A stretch of 63,615 bases of DNA, counting the filler, from Reclinomonas americana ATCC 50394 (Eukaryota), in assembly GCA_048213135.1 (NCBI GenBank). It is 4 parts of 3 records of this genome, joined end to end, with 100 filler letters (N's around TTAATTAATTAA, not from the genome) between each part and the next. Parts side by side here need not be neighbours in the genome. Positions count along the whole stretch, not along the records: positions 29,337 to 53,885 come from PS015103.1; positions 53,986 to 61,409 come from PS015103.1; 2 more parts are not named here. One strand, written 5' to 3'. The position numbers and the translations under genes were made by a program. Under the pieces are notes generated by a model. It did not search any database, was not told the origin of the DNA, and worked only from the letters and a program-made list of their open reading frames with translations. This document shows, in pieces, positions 44,908 to 57,461 of the stretch; position 1 is the first letter of the stretch; each line of letters begins with the position of its first letter.

Positions 44908-46340
44908 NNNNNNNNNNNNNNNNNNNNNNNNNNNNNNNNNNNNNNNNNNNNNNNNNNNNNNNNNNNNNNNNNNNNNNNNNNNNNNNNNNNNNNNNNNNNN
45001 NNNNNNNNNNNNNNNNNNNNNNNNNNNNNNNNNNNNNNNNNNNNNNNNNNNNNNNNNNNNNNNNNNNNNNNNNNNNNNNNNNNNNNNNNNNNNNNNNNNN
45101 NNNNNNNNNNNNNNNNNNNNNNNNNNNNNNNNNNNNNNNNNNNNNNNNNNNNNNNNNNNNNNNNNNNNNNNNNNNNNNNNNNNNNNNNNNNNNNNNNNNN
45201 NNNNNNNNNNNNNNNNNNNNNNNNNNNNNNNNNNNNNNNNNNNNNNNNNNNNNNNNNNNNNNNNNNNNNNNNNNNNNNNNNNNNNNNNNNNNNNNNNNNN
45301 NNNNNNNNNNNNNNNNNNNNNNNNNNNNNNNNNNNNNNNNNNNNNNNNNNNNNNNNNNNNNNNNNNNNNNNNNNNNNNNNNNNNNNNNNNNNNNNNNNNN
45401 NNNNNNNNNNNNNNNNNNNNNNNNNNNNNNNNNNNNNNNNNNNNNNNNNNNNNNNNNNNNNNNNNNNNNNNNNNNNNNNNNNNNNNNNNNNNNNNNNNNN
45501 NNNNNNNNNNNNNNNNNNNNNNNNNNNNNNNNNNNNNNNNNNNNNNNNNNNNNNNNNNNNNNNNNNNNNNNNNNNNTCTCTCTCTCTCTCTCTCTGCTCT
45601 CTTCTCTCTACTCTCTCTCTCGTCTCCTACTTTCGTCGTCTACTTCTTATTTCTTCTTCTTCTTCTCTCTCTCTCTCTTCTCTCTTCTCTCTCTCGCTCC
45701 CATTTTGCGTCACTTCTTTTTCTTTCTTTCTTTAAGTCTCTCTCTCCCTCCCGGGCCCCATCTCTCGAGATGTTGCATTTTTGTTCGCTATCGGTCATGC
45801 AGGACAACTCTAATGTGCGTCGCATGACATGGTACCATGGTGGCGAAGCGGACTGTGACACAAGCACTTGATCACTCTATCACTCTTCGCATTGCTGGAT
45901 GATTGCGCACATCTCTTGTTGTTGTCTCAGCTGATCTGATCAATGCGACACGATTGCGAAATCCATTTGAGGCCAACACGCGCGCGTACGCGTTTGATTG
46001 GCTTTGTCTTCTGAAAGGGAAAGATGACTGTTGGAGAAGATTTCATCTATTGTTGGTGTGCCAAGGTCATTGTCGGCAAGGGATCTGTGGACGATTGTCG
46101 CATTACTGTAATGTGGTGAATAAAGTGTTTTGTTCGTTTGAAATTACCTTCCTCTCGCCCCCCTCCCTGTCATCGCTCCTTCAAAATGCATGTGTTCATT
46201 TGCAACAACGAGCCAACCCAACATGCTCGGTTCCAGTCGAGGGAGGCGAGTTCACAAAGACAGCAAAAGGGGAGGCAAAACGCGTGAAAAAGGGGGAAAA
46301 GATGAAATTGGCCAAGAGAGGACCAGGAGGTGGCGAGGGC

Positions 46341-49300
46341 CTAGTTAGGAAGGCTCTCACACATACCGTAATTGCAGAAGCTCCCAGAGCAGCACTCCGT
46401 GCTGTCGTTGCAGCTGACGCCGGTAGCGCCGCAGGTTGCAGAGCACAACCCGTAAACACAAAAAGATGAGCAGCAAAAAATGCCGCTTATGCACGAGGTG
46501 CCGTTGCCGCTGCACGCCGGCGTGCAGGTCCCGTACGTGCATGAATTTGAGCAGCAGTCCCCACCGCTCGAGCAGCTGGCACCATCTGTCGCGCACGCGC
46601 ACCGCGCAACGCCAGTGGACGTGGAGCACTCGCTGCCCTCGGCGCACTGCGCAACGATCGAGGTGGTGCCGTAGACGCACGTCAGCACCGCACGGCGGTT
46701 CAGCGAGCACGTCGTGGTGCCGTCGGGCAGCGTGCACACGCCGCAGTCGGAGCCGCCGTAGCCGGTGGGGCACGTGATCGGAGCGCCCTGCGCCGCACGA
46801 CCAATCGCCACCCACGTCACGTACACAATGTCCGACGCGTCCGCACCGCTGGCGTTGTACGAGATCGCCGTCACGTAGTCCTCGTTGCCGAGGCGCTTGG
46901 TGGTGAACTGCAGCGACGACTGATCGACGCGGTTCTGCACAATGGCCGCCGACGACTTCCAGCCGCGCAGGAACAGCTGAATGCCAAGGGTGGCGCGCAG
47001 CAGACCGTTGGGGGTCGACGACGTCACCAGGCTGGCCGTCTGCGTGGTGGCGGCGCCGGGGTGGGTCGTTTCTGGACAAAAGAATTTAGACAAAATTTCG
47101 CAATTGCACTGTGTATCAACTCGCGGACACAAAACAACAAGGACAGACATCACACAGTAGATCGCGCAGCCAATCTCTCTCTCTCTCTCTCTCACGCANN
47201 NNNNNNNNNNNNNNNNNNNNNNNNNNNNNNNNNNNNNNNNNNNNNNNNNNNNNNNNNNNNNNNNNNNNNNNNNNNNNNNNNNNNNNNNNNNNNNNNNNNN
47301 NNNNNNNNNNNNNNNNNNNNNNNNNNNNNNNNNNNNNNNNNNNNNNNNNNNNNNNNNNNNNNNNNNNNNNNNNNNNNNNNNNNNNNNNNNNNNNNNNNNN
47401 NNNNNNNNNNNNNNNNNNNNNNNNNNNNNNNNNNNNNNNNNNNNNNNNNNNNNNNNNNNNNNNNNNNNNNNNNNNNNNNNNNNNNNNNNNNNNNNNNNNN
47501 NNNNNNNNNNNNNNNNNNNNNNNNNNNNNNNNNNNNNNNNNNNNNNNNNNNNNNNNNNNNNNNNNNNNNNNNNNNNNNNNNNNNNNNNNNNNNNNNNNNN
47601 NNNNNNNNNNNNNNNNNNNNNNNNNNNNNNNNNNNNNNNNNNNNNNNNNNNNNNNNNNNNNNNNNNNNNNNNNNNNNNNNNNNNNNNNNNNNNNNNNNNN
47701 NNNNNNNNNNNNNNNNNNNNNNNNNNNNNNNNNNNNNNNNNNNNNNNNNNNNNNNNNNNNNNNNNNNNNNNNNNNNNNNNNNNNNNNNNNNNNNNNNNNN
47801 NNNNNNNNNNNNNNNNTCTCTCTCTCTCTCTCTCCCACGCACACACACACACACACACTCACTGTGCATCGACTCGCGGACACAAAACAACAGCAACAGC
47901 AACGACAACAAACAGACATCACACAGTAGATCGCACAGCCAATCTCTCTCTCTCTGAGGTGGGTGACGAGGACGCACCACCCGACAGCATGACAAAGCCG
48001 CTGTTGTTGGTGTTGTCGGGGCGAGTCGGCGCCACAGCAAAGCGCGCAGAAATGGCCTCGATGCGCGAGTCGCCGCTCACCGTGCCCTTGATGACAAAGC
48101 TGGTGCGCGACGCCGAGCTGCTCGACAGCGAAAAGTTGTCACCGCGAACGCGTCCGTCGTTGCCGACAGCCGACTTGCGGATTGACAGCACGCCAATGAC
48201 GGCCACAGGAATGGCCGGCACCGATGCAAACTGGTACGCCGACGACACGCTCACCAACTGCGCAGACGGGGAGTGAGTTGTCTGAGCACAAGAGGCAAGA
48301 ATCTCCAAACAGACACGCAACAGATGGGCTGTTCTTGTTCAGCGCATCCGTCACCCACGCCTTGCTTGTCAGCGTGCGCTGACCGTCCATCGACAGCGCA
48401 TTGGTCTGGTGCACGTAGTACGCCAGGTAGCCTGTATCACAAGAGAAGATATATGAGTCTCGTGTTGTTGTCTGTCCCCCCTTCCCACAATCTTCGTTAA
48501 CTCAACTGAGCGTGACGGTGGGTCCCTGCTGCCCAGAAGTCGACACACCGTAGCAACGAGTCGACATCTTCGCCACAGTCACCACCGGCTCCGCGCAGAA
48601 GGCAGAAGTGCCGTCAGCCGGCTCGTTGGCCAGAGTGGAAATCGGCGCGGCCTGCTGGTTGCCGACACTGGCAAAACCGATCAAGACACGCGGGCGGCGG
48701 AAGAACTCGCTCGCAAACGTCAACTGAATGGTGGTGGTCGTCACCGCCAGTGTCGACATGGTCGGCTCAGCAGCCAACGGAGTCGACGTGGGAGTGGGGG
48801 CGCTCGTGTTGAGACCGCCGTCGGTCATGAAGCCCGAGACAAACGACTCCTCGGCCGATTCGTACGGTCCGTTGTTGGCCGCCACACACAGCTTGTAGGC
48901 ACCGCCACCGCGAGAGCCGTTCGGGGTGATGTTTGCGCGGAACAGGCGGCAACCGGTGATGAACTGGCACGCATCGGCGCCGCTGCGCGTAAACACCGCA
49001 CCGACACTGCCCGTCAGCGTCGAGTAGTCCGACAGGGTGGAGCAGTCGGCGCCCGCCGGCACCAGCTTGAAGCTCGTGCAGTCGGTGAGGTTGTCAGCCG
49101 ACGAACCAATCACGATCGAGTTGGCGCTGCCGTACTTGAGCACGGGCGGATTGGCAAAGGAGACCACGGGGGTCGACGAGGCGGAGGTGACAACAATCGG
49201 GACCGTTTGCAGGCGGTAGACGGCGGTGCCGCCGGCCTGGAACCTACAAGAGGGGAAGGGTGAGAGGGGGAAGGGGAAGGGAGCAGGAGAAGGGAAGGGA

Positions 49301-51533
49301 AAGGAAGGGGAAGGGAAGGGAAGAGGGAAAAGAAATGAAGCGAGGGGACGGGAGCGAGGTAGGGGAAGGGGAAGAGAGGGAGACGAGGACAAAGAGCGAC
49401 AGCGGCACAAAATTGTGGAGAAAGTGTTGAACAAAGTAGATGAAGAATTAGATGAATGCGTCTGCAACACAGTGAGACAGAGAAACACGAGCAGGAACCG
49501 GTGAACAGGGAAGATAAGAGAGGCAGACAAATATGACAAGTTGGAGGAGTGCGAAGCAGAAGTGCAGACGACTGAGGGGAAAGGAAAGCAACTGAGAGAG
49601 AGAGAGATGAAAAGCAAAAACAAGGACACGCATCGGCGGAGCAAGATGAAGATGTCCAGGAAGCTGAAAAGGGAGAGTGACGAACACAGCTACAAAAACA
49701 AGTATTTGAAGTGCCTCGAGATGGAGAGTCGCCGTATCGATAAGAAAAGAGGCTGAGAGGACCACAACGCGCGCTACCAAAGAACCAGACAAGACGAGCG
49801 CCGAGCACAGACGCACGCAGAGTGGGAAAGAAAGCGAAAATTTCGCAAGTCGCACAAGCGCAGCACAAAAGAAATCGACGGACGAAGATCCACAGGCAGC
49901 TGAAATAATGGAAAGGAAACCGAGAGCGAGGAAGAGAGGAACACAACGTGTGCTAGAAAGAACCAGAGAAAGAGACTGCCGAGCGGAGACGTACGCAGAG
50001 TGGGGGAGAAAGGGAAAAATTCGCAAGATAAACCGCACAGAAAATAACGACCGACGATGATGCTGAAAGAAGGAGAGGAGACCAAGAGGGAGGAGTAGAG
50101 GGCCACAACGTGTACCAGCAGAGGGTCGAGCAGAGACGCACGGAGAGTTCAAGACGGACACGGGGAGAGAGGAATCGCAGCGCAGAATGAAGACGGAGAG
50201 ATCTCCACAAAGGATAAAGATGCCTGACAACAGCACCAGCAAAGGGTTGGGGACAGAAAGAAACAACAGCGCTACGCAGATGGAAGCGGCCAACGGAGAT
50301 GCCCGGAGAGTTGATCATACAAAGGAGGGAGATGCCAGACACCCGCAGCACCCAAGAGGTGAGGATAAAGTTTCGAGAGAAAAACTATATGATGGCTGCC
50401 ACCCTCCCTCCCTCCTCTCTCTCTCTCTCTCCCTCCCTTCCCCCACGTGAACGCAACTTGCCACACAGATAGTACACGCCCGGCGACGCCAGCGTGCAAG
50501 ATCCAGTCGCCGTCGCACCCAACGCACCCTGCGCAAACGAGGCACCAGTGGCCACCGAGAACACAGCCTGGAGACCAGACGGGTCGCTGGACTGCAGCGA
50601 GGCGCTCGAATTGGGCGCTGCCGCACCGCTGCAATCCGCAGCGGCGTACAGGCCAAACGAGCCACCGGCGCCCAGCTGACGGTTGGCAAAGTGCTGGCCG
50701 GCCACCGTCAGGCGATAGTCGGCGAGACCGTTCACCAGCTGTGGCGAGCGGCTCTGCGTGTTGATGGTGTCTGTGTGACGGGAAGATGATGAGTGTCCAT
50801 GAAAGTCGACATGTTTCTGATCTGATGACCAATGCACGCAACAGACAAACACAGTGGCCACATACTCGTTGCGTGTGGCGGTGCCAGCACCGTCCACGTC
50901 GATGCACAGGTAGCGCTCGCCACCATTGCCGTCGCCCGACGCATTGAAGGTGAGCGAGGCGGCGGCGTTGGAGTTGACGACAGTGGTGGGAGAGGTGCCG
51001 GTGCACGAGCGGTCGAGGAAGAGAGTGGCGGTGGAGGCAGTCGACCACGGAATGGCCGAGCCAGTGACACTAATGTTCACGATCTGACCAGCGACGCCGG
51101 CCTTGATGGCAATGTTGGAGGGCGAGATGACTGCGGGAACAACAACAAAGGAGTCAACGAGCCAGGAAAAGAAGTTGTGTCGCGAAAGGACAGGAGGAGC
51201 GAAAGGCGGGCGAACATGCTTGGAAAACGCACACAACGCACGCAGCGAACAGAGCAAGCCAGGCACGTGCACGGTTGCAATGACACAGCCAAGTGAATCG
51301 ACGAGAAAACAACAAAAAAAAGGCGCGAGAAAAGTTGCGCGGGAAAACAAATGCAACAAAACAAAAATATGCAGCAGATTGCGCGCGAAAATGTTGGGAG
51401 TGAGTGTTTGCGTGTGAGCGCGTGTGTGTGTGAACTCACATGCGGCGGATGCAGTGCTGCACAGCACAGCAAGCGAGAGCAGTGCGACGAGGCACAGCGC
51501 GGAGGCGGAGCGGAGGAGAGTGGGGGCCGACAT
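46341..51533 (-). CDS. Large secreted Cys-rich protein: beta-rich N-terminal domains, H-type-lectin-like domains, EGF-like motif, three C-C-CC-C-C repeats
   Basis: Signal peptide MSAPTLLRSASALCLVALLSLAVLCSTASAA. Motifs LTFASEFFRRPRVLIGF, ..VYVTWVAIG and CPTGYGGSDC, then CATDGASCSSGGDCCSNSCTYGTC-type repeat x3. Stop at 46341. Confidence 0.65.
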
Positions 51534-51910
51534 GTTTGCCACACTCTGTGCGCGCGCACACACAAGGACAACTGTGAGATGTTTTGTGTGTGTGTGTGTG
51601 TGTGTCACACAGAGAGAGCAAGGAGGTGGGGGGAGAGAGCACAGTGTGCGTGTGTAAACGAGAGTGAGTGTTGGGGGAAAAGATAGACGAACGTGTGAAA
51701 CCATCGTGCAGGAAGCGGAAAAGGAAAGAAGGCTGTACCGAGGAAGAGAGAGGGAGAGAGAGGGAGAGAGGAGACAAGAAGGAAACGTGCGGGTGAGGAG
51801 GTGCAACGCGGAGGTATAGCGTTCGCTCACCGACTTCAGCAAAGGTAAAATATGGCCAAATATCTGTCTGTTCGCCGGAAGCGGTGGGTGGACTTGTCTT
51901 CATTCTAAAT

Positions 51911-52933
51911 TCATTCCTCGTCTCCCAATCCACCCATCAGATTCGCCATACTCCTCGTCGTCACCTCTCTCCTTGACCGCGTGGATCGAGTGCCACCGGC
52001 CAAGGGCATGACGACATCGGCACTCATGGCAGACGCCATGGACGGCTCTTCTTCCTCTGCCTCCTCCTCCTCCTCCTCCTCGTCCTCTTCATCCCGGTTC
52101 CTCGCACCACGGCGTTTCCGTCGCGGACTGTCCACCCGCATCCGTGACACGGCTCCTCCGACCTCGACCGCCCCGCCGTCCTCGCCATCGCGCCCGGGAC
52201 TCTCGTCGGGCACCAGGGCGCGAGAGGCCACTGCCGCCACGTCCTTCACGGAGCGAATGAGCTGTCGGGTGACCAGCGACTGCAGCACACGCTGTGCCGT
52301 TGCCGTCAGTTGTGAAGGCGCCGACGCAGTGGCCGAGGCGTTGAGGCCGAGCTGCTCGGCCCACGACTTGGTGCGGTGCACCAGTTGTGCCAGTGCATGC
52401 CGACACGTCGGCACGTACTCCAGGAAACAGAATCCCTCGCACGAGAAGCACGAGAGTGCACGCACCAACTCGAGTGCCTCGTGAACCGCCCGGCATCGCG
52501 ATGCATGCAACGACGATCGCATGTACACCTCCAGTTCGGCCGACGACATGCGCTGCAGCACCCCGTCGACTGCCTCCTCCTGCTGGTACGCGAAATCGAC
52601 CAGACGGACCACCAGCTGTTCGCACAGCGAAGGGCCGCGATTCGAACCACCGCCAGCCCCACCTGCAGCCGCCCCAGCAGCAGCAATCGCGGCGGCGGCG
52701 GCGGGATTACCACCGCCATTGGTCGTGGCTGTTTGTCGAATCATGGGTGATCGCTGTNNNNNNNNNNNNNNNNNNNNAGGCGCTCAATCGTGTCGCTCTG
52801 CGCCAACAGTGTGGCAAAGAGGCCGATCAGTTCGCGCCGCAAGCGAACCGTGTGCAGTTCGGCGTCGGGGAGCTTCAAGGCAGGCAGGTCCGGGTACGCA
52901 GTGATTGGTCGCAGGTCGGCGATGAGAATGGCC
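51911..52933 (-). CDS. 3' part of a hypothetical protein
   Basis: A 277-codon GC-rich ORF (51911-52744) plus an upstream exon AILIADLRP... No family recognised. Confidence 0.5.
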
Positions 52934-53929
52934 TGTACGGGGGAAGAGTGTGAAAACACAGAGGACAACAAGACAGCTGCTCTTTCTTCTTCCGTGTGAT
53001 GTGAGGAGAGGAAGTTGAAGGAGAGAAGAAGCACGAGTAAAACATGTGAGCGGAGAAATGATCAGGAGAGGACAGCACTGATCTCACTCTCCCACGCTTG
53101 TCTCCTCTCGCTCACTGGCGATNNNNNNNNNNNNNNNNNNNNNNNNNNNNNNNNNNNNNNNNNNNNNNNNNNNNNNNNNNNNNNNNNNNNNNNNNNNNNN
53201 NNNNNNNNNNNNNNNNNNNNNNNNNNNNNNNNNNNNNNNNNNNNNNNNNNNNNNNNNNNNNNNNNNNNNNNNNNNNNNNNNNNNNNNNNNNNNNNNNNNN
53301 NNNNNNNNNNNNNNNNNNNNNNNNNNNNNNNNNNNNNNNNNNATGAGGAGGAGGGAGAGCGAGACGAGGGGACGGGAGAAGTAGAGTGACGGGTAAGGGA
53401 GTTGACGGTGAATGGTATGAGGGTGAGGGAATAGCGTAGTTGATGCAAGGCCAACAGACGCGAATGACTTTGGGAAGTGAGGGGAAGAGATTGGGTGACG
53501 TGGAAGGAGAGAGTTCTTTGATGTGAGCAGATTGGAGAGCGAGACGAGAATGACAGGAGAAGTAGAGTAAGGGATCAGGGTGTTGACGGTGAATGACATT
53601 GGGATGATGGGAATAGCGTAGTTGATGCGAGGGCAACAGAAGCCCCGCGCGCGAATGAGTAGGAGACGTGGGAGGAGAGAACTCTTTGATGGTGAATGAG
53701 TTGGAGGTTGAGACGAAGAGGAAAGGAGAAGTAGAGTGAGGGTAAGGGTGTTGACGGTGAATGGCTTGAGGGCGATGGGAATGACGAGTATTACTGTGAG
53801 GGGAACAGTGGGGCTGAGAATGACAGCGGGATGTGCTGAGAAGAGAATGTTGGCGATGGACGAGCAGGAGAGAGAGGGACTCTTTNNNNNNNNNNNNNNN
53901 NNNNNNNNNNNNNNNNNNNNNNNNNNNNN

Positions 53930-53941
53930 TTAATTAATTAA
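53930..53941. other. Artificial scaffold linker
   Basis: TTAATTAATTAA flanked by N runs. Confidence 0.95.
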
Positions 53942-53985
53942 NNNNNNNNNNNNNNNNNNNNNNNNNNNNNNNNNNNNNNNNNNNN

Positions 53986-55451
53986 ACCACCACCCCAGCA
54001 GCAACCGCCACAGCCACAGCAGCAGCAGCAGCCACAGCAGCCACAGCAGCCGCCGCCGCAACCTGACGCGGTTGGACCTCAAGGTGGCGATCAACAGCAA
54101 CAGCAGCAGCCACAAGGCGCAGTAGGCCCGCAGGGAGTGCAGCCGTGGCAGGACATTAACCACTCGCAACAGAGCAGCTACAACACGTCGCAGCCGGCAC
54201 AGGGTAATGGCGGATACGTATCCACGGATCCCGGGTCGGCAAATAGTGGGTGGATTCCTCAGGCACCTCCCTGCGCCGCTGCTTCGGCAGCTGGCGGAGA
54301 CCTCGGGTTGCAGCTGCCTCAGTTTGTTCCTGTTGGTGCGTCCGTCTCATAAAAGACAGAGTTTGCAATCAGCTGACTTATGTGCCATTGATGCAGATGC
54401 GGGAAGCATGGCCGCCGGCGTGGCCGAAGGCGTGGGTCGCATGGCCGAAGCTTTTGGTGCAATGCGCTTCCGTGACCTGCCACCCAACTTCTTCGAGCAG
54501 GCCCACATCATCCCCGCGACACACGCTGAGATGTTGCAGGACCCCAACTATTGTGGAAGTCGGCGGACGTGCGATCCCGACCCTGACAAACAGAACCACC
54601 GACTCCACGGTACGCCGGCGTCTCTGTCGGCTGCCCACATGACTGGAGTGCGTTTGCTGCCTGCCTGTTTCTTGCACTGTTGTTGCCCGTCTCATATCTA
54701 TCGGTGCAGGAAATGACCGCACGCAACGAGATTCACACCAAGAACTCGGTGTTTGCTTTGCGGCTCGGCGTCACCTATGGGCCCCTCTCGGTCGGCATGG
54801 GACTGGGAACGGCGCGCGGGTCGGGATCACAGAAAGTCGAGGTGAAGGCGACATTGGAGGGTGACCTGCTGGAGGCGCACGGATACAGTTTCACGTGCCT
54901 GAACTGCATGAAGACGTCGTTCAACTTGGAGGGAGTCATTCGCAGCCTGCGGGCTGACATGTCTCATCGGCACGCGCAAGTATCTGAGACCGCTGCGGTG
55001 ACGGTGCAGTCGACGCCGGGTTCGTCGGCAGCGTACATTAGACGTACCGGCGCCGCAGCTGGTTACGTGCACTGGATCCATGTCTTTTTTTCTTCACTCC
55101 TCCTCACACCTCTGATGGCGCACAGATGTCGAGGAGATGCGCGAGGAGGTCCGTGAGCGGCCGATACCACCCCAGGACGACGAGTTTGTGCTGCAAGTGC
55201 TGCGCGCTCAGCGCGAGGAGCCTGTGGAGGCTTTTATGCAGCAGACCGTGCAGCGCCGCTTCCAGTGGTCGGGCGAGCAAGTCGGTTTTGCTGTCGCCGT
55301 GCTGGAGAGTCTCGGGGTGACGACGGTCGGCCAGCTGGCCGATCGGTGGAACAGCGCCGACTTCGCGTTTGTTCGCGCCGGTGAAGCGTTTGAGCGGGCG
55401 CACGATGTGCAGGTGGCGTTGCAGGAGGCGGGAGTGCTGCGGCGGAGCTGA
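53986..55451 (+). CDS. 3' part of a hypothetical protein (Q/P-rich region, C-terminal SAM-like helical segment)
   Basis: Four exons with GT-AG borders. Last exon ...WSGEQVGFAVAVLESLGVTTVGQLADRW...LQEAGVLRRS*. Confidence 0.5.
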
Positions 55452-55544
55452 GAGAAAATAATACAATTTTGATTGCTTTAAATGAGATTGTATTCGGGGT
55501 GTTGTGAGTGAAAGAGACCTGGGCAAAAGAAAACGAAGCGACGA

Positions 55545-56502
55545 TCACCAGATGTAGCCCTGCAGAGAGGAGTGAGGAACGGTGACTGTAAAGCGGCAAA
55601 CTCCTCTATATGAACTCACCAGTCCATCCCAGAAATCGCAATAGCTGCTTCGCAGGTGCTGCGCAACCGCCGGCTGCGGCAAATCAAACACCAGCGTCGA
55701 CTGCGTGCTGTCGTCCCACTGCGGCCACACGGGGGTGCCTGGTGCGCGTCCGGCATTCGGCGATCCGCCACGCACAAACGCCGTCCAGTAGGCCGCCATT
55801 TGGTGTGACAGGCGCGAATCGTCCGGCGGGAAGATCAGCGGCGTCGGCACGGCTCCCCACGCACTGTTGAACACGTACGGCAATTCGCCACCGTGGCACG
55901 GGTACCCGTAGCAGAACGCGTAGTCAGGACCCCACGCCTCCGTGCCCCACGGCAGCGAGCGAGAAAAGTAGTAGCGGTAGGCGCCGGCGGGGAAGTAGCG
56001 TGCGGCGGCGCGGTTCGGGCACTCGAACAAAAAGTCAGTGCCGAGATCCGACATCGGCACGCGTGCGTCGGACTCGCTCTCCGTCACCGGGTACTGCGCG
56101 TACACCTTCAGGGCGGAGAGGTGGAACAAGCCGCCGAGCGCTGCCTCGTACTCCCACTTGGCGAGGGGTTTGGTCACCGCGGCGAAGATGAAGGTGCGGC
56201 CCTGCAGGGAGGAGAAGGGGGTAGTTGAGGGAAAGGGACGATAGAAATCGAGAGAGAAAGAGAGATATAGTAAACACAGGGAGAGGACAAACCTCTGAAG
56301 CATTGTTGCCGACAAGCACTGGAATAGTCGGCGCGCCAGCGCACTTGCCATTCATGACCAGCGTGATGGGGTTGTCGCTCAGCTCGGCAGTGGCAATCAG
56401 CGGGCTCCACGCGTACACCGCTGCGTACACCATTATCAGCACCAGGAAATGCATCCAAGATCGAAAGACAGATCGAAAGATAGAGAGAAAGAGAGAGAGT
56501 GT

Positions 56503-56563
<61 letters not shown>

Positions 56564-56703
56564 GACGACGACGACGACGACGACGACGTACGTACGACGA
56601 CGACGACGCGCGCGCGTACGTACGTACGTACGTACGTACGTACGTACGGTACGGACGACGACGACGACGTAGTACGTACGACGNNNNNNNNNNNNNNNNN
56701 NNN

Positions 56704-56772
<69 letters not shown>

Positions 56773-57355
56773 CGCAACACAGCAGTGGCGACACAATGTG
56801 AATGTCGTTGAACTTGAGCTGTGCGGCGAGGATTTCATCGGCAGACTTGCCGCGCAGGCACGCCGTCATGTCGGACGCATCGTCGCAGCCGGCTTTCTGC
56901 ACTCAGCAACACGAAGGGATGAGTATTCAGGGTACATGGGTGCGGTATGGTGAGCAACGCAACGCCGGCAAAGCTCTTGCCCTCCGACACGGCCTGCGTC
57001 ATGGTCTTCATTGGCAGGCTCCACGGATTCGACTCCATGATGGCGCGGTGGAAGAGGCCCTGTGAGACGGGCGAGCAGAGGTGCGCGCTCACCGAGGTGG
57101 CGCCGGCCGATTCGCCCGACAGGGTTACCTGGCAGAGATTGAGAAGGGCGAGTCTTTGCGCAATCATGAAATGCATATATGGGAGGATACCTGGTTCGGA
57201 TCGCCGCCAAACGCCGCAATGTTGCGCTGCACCCACTGCAGTGCCTGCAGCTGGTCGTAGAAGCCGTACTGGCCGCCAAGTTGCTCAGTGGCTGTGGTGT
57301 GGGAGGGTGAGGGAGAGGGAGGGAGGGCGGAAGGGAGAGAGAGAGAGAGAGTGAA

Positions 57356-57398
<43 letters not shown>

Positions 57399-57418
57399 NN
57401 NNNNNNNNNNNNNNNNNN

Positions 57419-57461
<43 letters not shown>

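Noticed and set aside
56560-56683. (GAC)n/(GTAC)n palindromic run
   Set aside because: Next to a gap and resembles low-quality read-end or flow-order artefact.
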